Assembly: GCA_014382345.1 (NCBI GenBank)
Contig: JACNJX010000054.1
Span: 94 to 64,093 of the forward strand
Reading direction: 5' to 3'
Length of the DNA stretch: 64,000 nucleotides
From: Alphaproteobacteria bacterium
GTDB taxonomy: Bacteria; Pseudomonadota; Alphaproteobacteria; Rhodospirillales; Casp-alpha2
The position numbers were made by a program, and so were the translations under genes. Positions 30,818-39,808 of this stretch are shown piece by piece. The notes under the pieces are model-generated. The model was given only the letters and a program-made list of their open reading frames with translations. It did no database searches and had not been told where the DNA came from. Within the stretch, counting starts at the first letter, position 1. Every line of letters starts with the position of its first letter.

Positions 30818-31132
30818 ATGTATCCATTTTTCGCACTGTCACTACGGATTCAGCAGGCCAGCTTGCAGGCGGCGGCGTCTGCGGGTGCGATGATGTTGGA
30901 GGCGTATACGCGTGCCCTCCATCAGCAGTTTGCCTTCCTTGACCACATGCATGCCTACCGCCGGCCTGAGGATCACCCCTTCGCCCTCTACTTCGCCGCG
31001 GCCATACCGAAAGCCCGGACAGGGAAGGGCACAAAGGGAAAGGCCGGCAAGGTCCGTTCGCCTTGTCACGGCCCGGACCTGACGAACCATTACGGCCATC
31101 GCGCCCACGACGTTGACGTGGAGCATATTTGA
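30818..31132 (+). CDS. hypothetical 104-aa protein
   Basis: Good SD and -10. The composition looks protein-like (helical N-terminal half, basic KARTGKGTKGKAGK linker, C-terminal CHGPDLTNHYGHRAHDVDVEHI). No family recognised. Confidence 0.4.
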   Translation: MYPFFALSLRIQQASLQAAASAGAMMLEAYTRALHQQFAFLDHMHAYRRPEDHPFALYFAAAIPKARTGKGTKGKAGKVRSPCHGPDLTNHYGHRAHDVDVEHI

Positions 31133-31164
31133 GCGGGAGCCCATCCGGGCAGGCGCCGGTTGTC

Positions 31165-31743
31165 CTAGCGTTTCAGTTGTTCTTTCAGGGTCTCGACGAT
31201 GATGTCGTTGACGCTGAATTTGCGGTTTTCTTTCTTGCTGCGGCGGACCGCCTCGGCGCGAAGTTTTTCCAGCAGGTCCGCCGGCAGGCTTAGGAAGGTC
31301 TTTTTATCAAGGCTTTCTGTTTGTGAAGGTTCTTGGGCGTCTTTCGTGATTTGGGCTTTTGCGGAGCCTGAGGCTTTTGCCCGGGCCGCCAGGCATTCCA
31401 GCACCGCGATCCTTTCTTGGGAATAGCTCAGGTATTGGGACAGGGCCGCGCCTTTCAGGACCACCCTGCGCCCGCCACGCGATACCCGGGCCACCTTGCC
31501 GCGGCCGCGAATGAGGGTGAGGGAGGTATGCTGGCGTTTAAGCCGTTCCAAATAGGCGTCCCAATCACCGGAAAGCGTCTGGTTCACATGTTGGGTGACG
31601 GAATCGTGGGTCAACTCGCCCCAGAAATCGACTTTGGGAAAATCGGGGCAGATCTCCTGGGTCGCGCCTGAACGGGGCAGCATCAAAACCGTCACGCCGA
31701 TGGCAAGCGCAAACAGGCCGCTTAAAAAAAACGATTTTTGCAT
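31165..31743 (-). CDS. hypothetical protein with an N-terminal signal/anchor helix and a C-terminal ribbon-helix-helix-like segment
   Basis: N-terminus MQKSFFLSGLFALAIGVTVLMLPRSGATQE. C-terminus FLSLPADLLEKLRAEAVRRSKKENRKFSVNDIIVETLKEQL resembles CopG/Arc-type RHH. Confidence 0.5.
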   Translation of the reverse strand: MQKSFFLSGLFALAIGVTVLMLPRSGATQEICPDFPKVDFWGELTHDSVTQHVNQTLSGDWDAYLERLKRQHTSLTLIRGRGKVARVSRGGRRVVLKGAALSQYLSYSQERIAVLECLAARAKASGSAKAQITKDAQEPSQTESLDKKTFLSLPADLLEKLRAEAVRRSKKENRKFSVNDIIVETLKEQLKR

Positions 31744-31787
31744 GGCGGGAGCCTACCACGCAGCGAACGGGAACGAAAACCCGGCCC

Positions 31788-32261
31788 TCAGGCGGCTTGG
31801 GTGAAACGTCCTTTTTCAGCCCCGCCCATGATGCGGCGGAATTCCTCACCGTTGACATGCACAAGATGGCGGTGGTCGCCGGATTCGAAATAAACCTGAT
31901 CTTGCGTCATTAGGTCGTCATCGAGCAGTACCCGAAGGGCATAGGCGTTGCCCAGCGGCGGCACCGCGCCCGGATCACAGTCGTCGAATTTTCCGATGAC
32001 CTCATCTTCCGTTGCCAGTTCCACATCGTGTTGCAGGGTCTCTTTCAGGCTTTCGAGGTCGACGTTGCGGTCCGACGGAACGACGGTCAGGGTCAAAACG
32101 CCGTTTTCGTCCTTCACCACGACACCCTTGGCGAGCCGTTCCGGCGGCAAATGGGCGCGCCCGGCGGCACCGATGCTGGTCGGAGCGTAGGGGTGTTCGA
32201 TAACGTCGTAAACGGCTTCCATCTCGTCGAGATAGTCCTGAACGGTTATGGCCATACCCAT
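31788..32261 (-). CDS. YbaK/EbsC-type aminoacyl-tRNA deacylase-domain protein
   Basis: 157 aa with the pattern ...KGVVVKDENG...VVPSDRNVDL...PGAVPPLGN..., typical of the YbaK/ProX domain. AAGGAGG lies 6 nt upstream of the ATG. Confidence 0.75.
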   Translation of the reverse strand: MGMAITVQDYLDEMEAVYDVIEHPYAPTSIGAAGRAHLPPERLAKGVVVKDENGVLTLTVVPSDRNVDLESLKETLQHDVELATEDEVIGKFDDCDPGAVPPLGNAYALRVLLDDDLMTQDQVYFESGDHRHLVHVNGEEFRRIMGGAEKGRFTQAA

Positions 32262-32413
32262 GAGCTGCCTCCTTTATTTTCCGGCCGGCGCGTCCCCCAG
32301 TACGTGTTCGCGCGGGTCCGTCCGGCCCAAGCGGATGCGTGACGATAGTCCAGTCTAGAGAAGGGCGTGTAAGGCGTCTTTGATGGGGATCAAATGGATG
32401 GATTTTACCGGCA

Positions 32414-33916
32414 TCAATGCCCGAGCGGCAGTTCGTGCTGGGCTGTCATGGCGCGGTCCGACGGGAAGTGCAGCGTCACCGTGGTGCCGGCGCCGGGATC
32501 ACTGGTCAGCGACAGTTCGCCGCCGTGCAGTTCCGTCAGCGACTTGGTCAAGGCCAGTCCGAGCCCGGTTCCCGGCACCGAATTTTCCATCGGCCCATCG
32601 GCCTGCTCGAAAGGCAGCAGGATACGGTTCAGGTCTTTCGCAGAAATGCCAATGCCGGTGTCGGCGACGGAGATGCGGATGCCTCCGGAACCATCCAGTC
32701 CGGCCTCCAGGGTAATGGTGCCGCCCGCCGGCGTGAACTTGATGGCATTGGACAGCAGGTTGAGAAAAATCTGCTTCAGCCGTAGCGGGTCGCCGCGAAA
32801 TTCCGGAAGGTTGTCCGCCATTTCCAGGTTGAGGTTGATATCGACCTTTTTCGCTTCTTCCATCATCATCGCCGCGCATTCACGCATGGCGTCCTTGAGG
32901 TTGATGTAGCTCTCGTTGATCTCCATGGCGCCGGCCTCGACTTTGGAAACGTCGAGAACCTCGTTGATCAGGTTGAGCAGGTAGCTGCCGGAGCCGTGGA
33001 TGTCGCTGGCATATTCCTGGTATTTTTTGTTGCCGATCTTGCCGAAAATCTCCTTGGCCATGATTTCCGCGAAGCCGATGATGGAATTCAGGGGGGTGCG
33101 CAATTCGTGACTCATGTGGGCCAGGAACTGGCTTTTGGCGGTGTTGGCGTGCTCGGCTTCTTTCAGGGCGTTGAGAAGCTTGCTTTCCGCCTGCAGCCGG
33201 TCGCTGACCTCCTGGTGCAGGTCATAGTACTGGCGTTTGATAATCCTGTCGGCGCGCCGGACGACGGCGAACAGCAGCCAGTACAAAAGCCCGAACGCCC
33301 ACACCAGTCCAATGGATAGGAACGTCACCCGCTGGGAAATGGCTTCGGCCCTGTCCGTGGCGTCGGAATACAACTCGAAGACGCCTTCGACGGTGCCATC
33401 CTTTCCCAGGACCGGCAGATATGATTCGACGATGCGCCGGTTCGTGCGCTTGCCGGAAATGCCTGTGATGGTTTCGACGGTCTCGAATTTGCTGGCGGGG
33501 CGGGCGTCGCGAATGCTTTCGGCGAAAACCGAACCACGACTGGCGATACGTCCCATCTCGGAAAAATCCGAGGAATAGACGTTCAGGCCGTCGAGCCGGT
33601 AGAGCCGCACCTTGACCACGTTGAGCCCCGCCGTCAGCTTTTTCGTCAAAAGGTCGATGACGTTGGATTCCGGGCGGTTCCGCAGGGCCTTACTGTCCTC
33701 GGGGGCGCCGGTTTTGATGTACTCCGAAAACTTGGGCCAGATGGCATTGGCCAGCGCCCGCGACAAGCCGACGTTTTCGCGCTCGACGGTCTCCACCATG
33801 GCGTCGAGCGACGTCTGGCGGTAGACCAGAACCAGAATCAGTCCAACCCCCAGCAGGGCAAGGCCGCTTGTCAGTGAGAAATATCGTAAGAGCCGAAACA
33901 CCGGCGGGCCTTCCAC
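32414..33916 (-). CDS. membrane sensor histidine kinase (no cognate regulator adjacent)
   Basis: Two TM helices flank an extracytoplasmic domain of about 170 aa. HisKA FLAHMSHELRTPLNSI, and HATPase_c with N, G1 (DTGIGI) and G2 (GTGLGL) boxes. GTG start. Confidence 0.9.
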   Translation of the reverse strand: MEGPPVFRLLRYFSLTSGLALLGVGLILVLVYRQTSLDAMVETVERENVGLSRALANAIWPKFSEYIKTGAPEDSKALRNRPESNVIDLLTKKLTAGLNVVKVRLYRLDGLNVYSSDFSEMGRIASRGSVFAESIRDARPASKFETVETITGISGKRTNRRIVESYLPVLGKDGTVEGVFELYSDATDRAEAISQRVTFLSIGLVWAFGLLYWLLFAVVRRADRIIKRQYYDLHQEVSDRLQAESKLLNALKEAEHANTAKSQFLAHMSHELRTPLNSIIGFAEIMAKEIFGKIGNKKYQEYASDIHGSGSYLLNLINEVLDVSKVEAGAMEINESYINLKDAMRECAAMMMEEAKKVDINLNLEMADNLPEFRGDPLRLKQIFLNLLSNAIKFTPAGGTITLEAGLDGSGGIRISVADTGIGISAKDLNRILLPFEQADGPMENSVPGTGLGLALTKSLTELHGGELSLTSDPGAGTTVTLHFPSDRAMTAQHELPLGH

Positions 33917-34013
33917 AAAAGATATACGTCCCCCATCCCACCAAACTGACGGGCGGGTTCCCCCTGGTCAGTGATGCCGGTCACACACGGGAAGGAAAAA
34001 AAATCAGGAACCG

Positions 34014-34811
34014 TCAACGGGGATGGATTTCGTTCAGGATCGTATGGGCCTGGCGCATAGCGTCCCGGCGCGGCAGGCCGATGGTCATACGCGGGTCATA
34101 TAAAATCCGCAGCAACAGCCGGTCATGGCCGGTCAGTTCGAAATACCGGCTTTCGTCGTTGAAGATGGACGGACGGACGTTGTTGGAATCGTTAATCAGG
34201 CCCATGACCTGCGTCAATTCCTCGACCACGCAGGCGCGCAGCGTCGTTTTGTCGCCATAGGCCGGAAACAGGATGACGGCGGTGCGGATTTCATCGCCTT
34301 TCTTGAACACCTGCGCCTCGCAGGTGGATTGACCGGCCTTCAGTCGCCTGAGCGACGGGTCCATGCGGGTCCCCAGTTGCTTGCGCACCACGCCCGTCAT
34401 GTCGGCCATCGGGTAATAGAGCAGAAACATGTTGAAGCTTTTGGCGTTGATACCCTTGGGCACACGTTTTGCGCGGCGGATCCGCTCCGAATAGGCGAGC
34501 CTGGCCGGGTGGCCGGTGAGTTTGCTGATGTCCGCCAAGTGCTGGCGCACGAAGTCCTCGAAATAGGCCGGTGGGCTGCCGTCGATGCGGGCCGTGATCG
34601 GGCGCTTCCATTTGCGCACCCGCTCGAAGCGCTGGCGGGTGTATTCGTTGCCGAAGGCGATGATATTGAAGTTGCGGACGATCTGGGCATTGCTGAGGCG
34701 CTCGGCGGCCCGGGTGTGGGCGGGTACAAGCAGCGCCGCCGCTAAACACACGGCTAAAACCGCCCCTGAAACCGTATTGGCCGTTCGCTTGATAATGACG
34801 TTCATGTCCAT
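34014..34811 (-). CDS. secreted hypothetical protein (possibly DUF2927-like)
   Basis: Signal peptide ending in AHTRAAE. The segment VVEELTQVMGLINDS resembles the conserved core I associate with DUF2927. That assignment is from memory only. Confidence 0.5.
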   Translation of the reverse strand: MDMNVIIKRTANTVSGAVLAVCLAAALLVPAHTRAAERLSNAQIVRNFNIIAFGNEYTRQRFERVRKWKRPITARIDGSPPAYFEDFVRQHLADISKLTGHPARLAYSERIRRAKRVPKGINAKSFNMFLLYYPMADMTGVVRKQLGTRMDPSLRRLKAGQSTCEAQVFKKGDEIRTAVILFPAYGDKTTLRACVVEELTQVMGLINDSNNVRPSIFNDESRYFELTGHDRLLLRILYDPRMTIGLPRRDAMRQAHTILNEIHPR

Positions 34812-35001
34812 GGCGCATCATCCTAGTGCGGCGGCCCCGCCAAGGACAAGAAAAGGGGACAAGAAATCCGGTCACGCGGTTATGATCGCGCCAAAAGCCA
34901 CGCAGTCTTGTCCCGGCGCAGGCATTATGCATGATGCCTTTAAATATTTTGAGGTTGGCGCCTATGGTGCCGGCCGGCCCGTTTTATAAGGATGTCATGT
35001 T

Positions 35002-35868
35002 ATGGTTTTGCGTTTTATTTTTCCCGTACTGCTGGCGGCGCTTTTGTTCGTGACCCCCGTGGCGGCGGCCGACGACCCGGTGGTTGCTGTCGTCAATGGC
35101 ACTGAAATTCATCTGTCCATGGCCAAGGAGGCACACCAGCGTCTGCCGGAGCAATACCAGCGGGTTCCTTTCGACGTGATTTTTCCGGGCCTGGTCGACA
35201 GCCTGATCGACGAACAGTTATCCGCCGCGGCTGCCCGCAAGGACAAGCTGCATGATACGGAACTGTTCAAGGCGCAGATGGCGCGCATCGAAAAACAGGT
35301 ATTGCAGCGCATGGCCATGAGCAAGGCCATAGAGACCGTCGTTACCGACGAAGCCGTGCGCGCGCGCTACGACGAAGAGATCAAGAAAGCCGCGTCCGGC
35401 GAGGAGGTCGAAGCCAGCCATATCCTGGTCAAAACCGAAGACGAGGCCAAAGAGATCATCACCGCGCTTAAAAAGGGCGGCGATTTCGCCGATCTGGCAA
35501 AGCAAAAATCCACCGGGCCTTCGGGAAAGGACGGCGGCAAGCTGGGCTTCTTCGGCAAGGGACAGATGGTGCCGGCTTTCGAGAAGGCGGCGTTTGCCCT
35601 GAAAGCCGGAACCTATACTGACCCGGCCGTGAAAACCCAATTCGGCTGGCATATCATCAAGGTCGAGAACCGGCGTGCGGCCGAAGCCCCCAGCTTCGAG
35701 AAGATGGAGCCGGAACTGCGCACCGCGATGTTCCAGGAAGCGGGCAGCGCGTATATCGAAAAGCTGCGTAAGGGCGCCAAGATCGCCCGCTTCAATCCCG
35801 ATGGTTCGCCCCGGGATGCCAAAAAGGAACCGAAGGCGGATCCGAAAAAGGCTTCCGAAAAGAAGTAA
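35002..35868 (+). CDS. parvulin-type peptidyl-prolyl cis-trans isomerase (SurA/PpiC-like)
   Basis: Signal peptide, then rotamase core ASHILV...GGKLGFFGKGQMVPAFEKAAF...TQFGWHIIKVE. It lies upstream of argJ, as in many alphaproteobacteria. Confidence 0.9.
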   Translation: MVLRFIFPVLLAALLFVTPVAAADDPVVAVVNGTEIHLSMAKEAHQRLPEQYQRVPFDVIFPGLVDSLIDEQLSAAAARKDKLHDTELFKAQMARIEKQVLQRMAMSKAIETVVTDEAVRARYDEEIKKAASGEEVEASHILVKTEDEAKEIITALKKGGDFADLAKQKSTGPSGKDGGKLGFFGKGQMVPAFEKAAFALKAGTYTDPAVKTQFGWHIIKVENRRAAEAPSFEKMEPELRTAMFQEAGSAYIEKLRKGAKIARFNPDGSPRDAKKEPKADPKKASEKK

Positions 35869-35914
35869 AAAAAAATCGGCTGACGGCGCGGCGTGGGCGA
35901 AGTACCCTTCTGCC

Positions 35915-37183
35915 ATGAGCCAGAAATCATCCAAGGCTAAAGTTTCGCCGCTGGCGCCCGGCGGCTTCCCCGCTATGCCGGTGGTGGCCGGCGTGCGTCT
36001 GGCGTCCGGGGCCTGCGGGCTGAAGAAAAGCGGCACAAGCGATCTGTTGTTCGCGGAACTGCCCGACGGCACGTCGGCAGCGGGCGTGTTCACGCAATCG
36101 CTGACCGCATCGGCCCCGGTGCAATGGTCTCGGAAAGCGCTGCGCGGCGGACAGGCGCGCGGCCTGGTCGTCAATTCGGGCGGCGCCAACGTGTTTACCG
36201 GGCCGCAGGGTATGCAGGCGGTGGAGGAAACCGTCGAGGCGGCGGCCGACCTGCTGGCGACCCGGCCGTCGAAAATCTTCGCCGCCTCCACCGGCGTCAT
36301 CGGTGAGCCGCTGGCGGTGGAAAAGATTATCGCCGTCCTGCCGGATTTCAAGGCCGCCCAAATGGAAACCGGGGCGGAACCCGATTGGGAAGGGGCGGCG
36401 CGTGCGATCATGACCACCGACACCTTCCCCAAGGGGGCGACGGCTAAGGCGAAGATCGGCGGAGTTTCCGTCACCATCAACGGCATCGCCAAGGGGTCCG
36501 GCATGATTCACCCCAACATGGCGACCATGCTGGGCTTCATGTTTACCGACGCGGCGCTGTCGCCGGACGTGCTGCAACCCCTTCTGGAAGCGACCGTCAA
36601 CCGGTCGTTCAATGCCATCACCGTGGATTCCGATACCTCGACCAGCGATACGGTGATGCTGTTCGCCACCGGGGCTGCGGAGCACGGGGCCGTGGATTCA
36701 ACTGATGATCCGGCGCTGGATGATTTCAAGGACGCGCTGGACCGCGTCGCCACCGATCTGGCGCACCAGATCGTGCGCGACGGCGAAGGGGCGACGAAGT
36801 TCATCACCGTCGCCGTGACCGGCGCGGAATCCGAAGCGTCTGCGAAAATTATCGCCTTTTCCATCGCCACCTCGCCGCTGGTCAAGACCGCCATCGCCGG
36901 TGAGGACGCCAACTGGGGCCGCATCGTCATGGCCGTGGGCAAAGCCGGTGAGCCCATCAATGCGGACCGCCTGACCATTACCATCGGCGGTATTCCCGTG
37001 GCCGTGGCCGGCGGCGCCATCCCCGGCTTCGATGAGACGCCGGTAGCCGAACACATGAAAGGGTCCGAGATCACCATCGCCGTCGATGTCGGGCTTAAGG
37101 ATGTTGAAGGCGGTTCGGCGACGGTCTGGACCTGCGACCTGACCCACGAATACATCGCGATCAATGCCGATTACCGGTCCTGA
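35915..37183 (+). CDS. argJ: bifunctional glutamate N-acetyltransferase / amino-acid acetyltransferase
   Basis: Start at MSQKSSKAKVSPLAPGGF. Autoproteolytic site HPNMATMLGFMFTDA and C-terminal TCDLTHEYIAINADYRS. Confidence 0.95.
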   Translation: MSQKSSKAKVSPLAPGGFPAMPVVAGVRLASGACGLKKSGTSDLLFAELPDGTSAAGVFTQSLTASAPVQWSRKALRGGQARGLVVNSGGANVFTGPQGMQAVEETVEAAADLLATRPSKIFAASTGVIGEPLAVEKIIAVLPDFKAAQMETGAEPDWEGAARAIMTTDTFPKGATAKAKIGGVSVTINGIAKGSGMIHPNMATMLGFMFTDAALSPDVLQPLLEATVNRSFNAITVDSDTSTSDTVMLFATGAAEHGAVDSTDDPALDDFKDALDRVATDLAHQIVRDGEGATKFITVAVTGAESEASAKIIAFSIATSPLVKTAIAGEDANWGRIVMAVGKAGEPINADRLTITIGGIPVAVAGGAIPGFDETPVAEHMKGSEITIAVDVGLKDVEGGSATVWTCDLTHEYIAINADYRS

Positions 37184-37640
37184 CCCCAACAGTCCCGACG
37201 AGGGCTGCTACGGGGCCGAATTCAAACGCCCCGACGGCGAGGCGGTGACCGTCCTGGTCGTCGCCGTGGCGCTGGTCGACGCCGATGGCCGGGTGCTCAT
37301 CGCCAAGCGCCCCGAAGGCAAGGCGCTGGCGGGCCTGTGGGGATTTTCCCGCCGCCAGGGGCCTGACGGCGGAATTCCGGAAAGCGCCCCGGGCCGCGAA
37401 CTTCAGGAAGAATTGGGCATCGACATCACCGAAAGCTGCCTCGCGCCGCTGACCTTCGCGTCGCACGTTTATGACGACTTCCACCTGTTGATGCCTCTGT
37501 ATGTGTGCCGGGTGTGGAAGGGCGAGATCACGCCGCGCGAGGGTCAGGACCTGAAATGGGTGCGTCCGGTCCGGCTGGTTGATTACGACATGCCGCCCGC
37601 CGACGCGCCGCTCATCGCCATGCTGCGCGACCTGTTGTAG
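37164..37640 (+). CDS. Nudix hydrolase (MutT-like) with an atypical Nudix box
   Basis: RELQEELGI (the REUXEEXGU half) is present. The expected upstream GX5E reads SRRQGPDGG instead. The position after argJ matches mutT synteny. Confidence 0.7.
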   Translation: MPITGPDPNSPDEGCYGAEFKRPDGEAVTVLVVAVALVDADGRVLIAKRPEGKALAGLWGFSRRQGPDGGIPESAPGRELQEELGIDITESCLAPLTFASHVYDDFHLLMPLYVCRVWKGEITPREGQDLKWVRPVRLVDYDMPPADAPLIAMLRDLL

Positions 37641-37657
37641 AGGCCGGGGAAGGGGAT

Positions 37658-38422
37658 ATGCCGGAAAAAACCGTCACCGCCGCTGTTCTGATTATCGGCA
37701 ACGAAGTGCTGTCGGGCCGGACCCAGGACAGCAACGTGCAGTATTTGGCGCAGGGCCTGAACGATCTGGGCGTGCGCCTGAAGGAAGTCCGCGTCGTGCC
37801 CGACGTGGAAGACGATATCGTCGCCGCCGTCAACGCGCTTCGCCAGCGTTTCGATTACCTGTTCACCACCGGCGGCATCGGCCCGACCCACGACGACATG
37901 ACCTCGGCCTGCATCGCCAAGGCGTTCGGCTTGGCCCTGCTGCGCCACCCCAAGGCCGAAGTCCTGTTGCGAGACCGCTACAAACCCGAAGACATTACCG
38001 AGGCGCGCCTGAAAATGGCCGAGACGCCGGAAGGCGCCAGCCTGATAGAAAACCCGGTTTCCGTCGCGCCGGGCTACCGGGTCGAAAACGTTTTCGTGCT
38101 GGCCGGCGTGCCGCGCATCATGCAGGCCATGTTCGACAGCCTGAAGGGCGATCTCGTCGGTGGCGCCCCGGTGCTGTCCCATTCGACCGACGCCTACGTC
38201 CCGGAAGGCGTCGTCGCCGGACCGCTTGGCGAACTGCAAAAGGCTTTCCCGGACGTCGATATCGGCAGCTATCCGTTCGTGCGCAGCGAGCGGCTCGGCA
38301 CCTGCCTGGTCGCCCGCTCGCCCGACCAATCCCGGCTCGACGTTGTGGCCGATGCCATCGAAGCCCTGGTCCGGGACCTCGCTGGCGAACCCAATAAACC
38401 GAAAGAGGCGAAAGACTCATGA
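37658..38422 (+). CDS. CinA-N-terminal-like molybdopterin-binding (MoCF_biosynth) domain protein
   Basis: Contains VLIIGNEVLSGRTQDSNVQYLA and FTTGGIGPTHDD. Confidence 0.8.
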   Translation: MPEKTVTAAVLIIGNEVLSGRTQDSNVQYLAQGLNDLGVRLKEVRVVPDVEDDIVAAVNALRQRFDYLFTTGGIGPTHDDMTSACIAKAFGLALLRHPKAEVLLRDRYKPEDITEARLKMAETPEGASLIENPVSVAPGYRVENVFVLAGVPRIMQAMFDSLKGDLVGGAPVLSHSTDAYVPEGVVAGPLGELQKAFPDVDIGSYPFVRSERLGTCLVARSPDQSRLDVVADAIEALVRDLAGEPNKPKEAKDS

Positions 38423-38928
38423 TTAAACCAACCGAAGCCGTTCCCGAACTCAACGTCGAAACCGTCGGCGGCGGCACCTGGCGGCTCGCCGAGCAGACGC
38501 CGGACACCTTCACCCTTATTGAATTCTACCGCGGTTATCATTGTCCGCGGTGCAAACTCCAGCTCCTCGATCTGGATCATAAGGTTGCGCGTTTTACCGA
38601 GCGCGGCTGCGGTGTCATCGCCATCAGCATGGACAGCCGCGAGCGGGCCGAAAAATCCAAGCAGGAATGGGGCCTCGGCGGCCTGACGCTGGGCTACGGC
38701 CTGAGCGAGGAAAGCGCGCGCCAATGGGGTCTTTTCATATCTTCGGCTATTCAGGATAAAGAGCCCGGCAATTTCAGCGAACCCGCCATGTTCCTGGTGC
38801 GGCCCGACGACACCCTGTTTTCGGCGGTTCTGCACACCACGCCGTTCCACCGGCACCATTTTGCCGACGTCATGGAAGCCATCGACATGATCAAGGCCCG
38901 TGATTATCCGCCTAGGGGCGATGCTTAA
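38419..38928 (+). CDS. peroxiredoxin-like (AhpC/TSA-family) redoxin
   Basis: Contains FYRGYHCPRC in a thioredoxin-fold context. Has a 4-nt overlap with the upstream gene. Confidence 0.8.
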   Translation: MIKPTEAVPELNVETVGGGTWRLAEQTPDTFTLIEFYRGYHCPRCKLQLLDLDHKVARFTERGCGVIAISMDSRERAEKSKQEWGLGGLTLGYGLSEESARQWGLFISSAIQDKEPGNFSEPAMFLVRPDDTLFSAVLHTTPFHRHHFADVMEAIDMIKARDYPPRGDA

Positions 38929-38934
38929 GAGCGC

Positions 38935-39615
38935 CTATCGCTCCAGCACGAACCCGGAAACGTCGAGCCGTTCCTGCCAGCCGTGGCGTTCCAGTTCCGG
39001 GTCGATGTGTTCCTCTTCCGGATAGCCGATGCACAAATACGCAATCAGCGCCCAGCCGTCCGGCACGTCGAGTATCCCGGCGATCACGTCGGCCTCGAGG
39101 ATCGACACCCAGCCCATGCCGAGCCCGTGCGCGCGCGAAGCCAGCCACAGCGTGCTGAGCGCGCCGACGACGGAATAGGGCAGCATTTCGGGCATGGTCT
39201 TGCGCCCGACGCCGTGCCCGGCTTCTGTTCCGGTGTCGCAGAACACCGCCAGATGCACCGGCGCATCGCGCAGGCCGGAAAGTTTGAGCGCGGCATAGCT
39301 TTTCGCCTTTTCGCCGGAATAATCATTCAGCGCGTCGGCGTTGCAGGCCTCGAAATTTTCGATCACGCGGGCGCGGCGCCCCGTGTCGGCGACCTTGACG
39401 AAGCGCCACGGCTGGCTGTTGCCGACGCTGGGCGCCAGCGCCGCCAGCCCGATCAATTCATCGACCAGCGTGCCGTCGACCGCATCGGCGCGGAACCGGC
39501 GCACATCGCGCCGCCAGCGGATCAGGTCTTCCAGCCGCCGGCGGAAGTCGGCGTCGAAGACGGGGGCTTCGTTATTGGTTTCCGGCGGGTCTTTTTTTGC
39601 GGTGGCATCGCTCAT
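38935..39615 (-). CDS. bluB: 5,6-dimethylbenzimidazole synthase (nitroreductase-fold)
   Basis: Contains RRDVRRF, APSVGNSQPWRF and GMGWVSIL, with C-terminal ELERHGW. Start chosen at MSDATAKK (39615). Confidence 0.8.
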   Translation of the reverse strand: MSDATAKKDPPETNNEAPVFDADFRRRLEDLIRWRRDVRRFRADAVDGTLVDELIGLAALAPSVGNSQPWRFVKVADTGRRARVIENFEACNADALNDYSGEKAKSYAALKLSGLRDAPVHLAVFCDTGTEAGHGVGRKTMPEMLPYSVVGALSTLWLASRAHGLGMGWVSILEADVIAGILDVPDGWALIAYLCIGYPEEEHIDPELERHGWQERLDVSGFVLER

Positions 39616-39706
39616 GGCCGCCACTTTAACGGCATCAGCGGAACGAGGCGAGGCCCTTGCCATCCCTCTTGCACGATAAGCGGCCCCGGCTTAGGTTCGG
39701 CAACAA

Positions 39707-39793
39707 GCGGGCGTGGTGAAATTGGTAAACACAAGGGACTTAAAATCCCTCGGCCTCACGGCTTTGCCGGTTCAAGTCCGGCCGCCCGCACCA
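39707..39793 (+). tRNA. tRNA-Leu (anticodon UAA)
   Basis: 87 nt, folded by hand. Acceptor stem GCGGGCG/CGCCCGC, anticodon stem AGGGA/TCCCT with loop CTTAAAA, a long variable arm, T-arm GCCGG-TTCAAGT-CCGGC, discriminator A and encoded CCA. Confidence 0.9.
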
Positions 39794-39808
39794 ATTCTCT
39801 CGGAAAAC

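Noticed and set aside
37579-38397. 272-aa Arg/Pro-rich ORF in an alternative frame of the cinA-like gene.
   Set aside because: It has extreme Arg/Pro/Gly composition and no motifs. The overlapping frame encodes a clean MoCF-biosynthesis domain.
39616-39706. Cobalamin riboswitch upstream of bluB.
   Set aside because: Only about 90 nt separate the bluB start from the tRNA gene, which is too short for a B12 element of about 200 nt. No B12-box-like sequence was seen.
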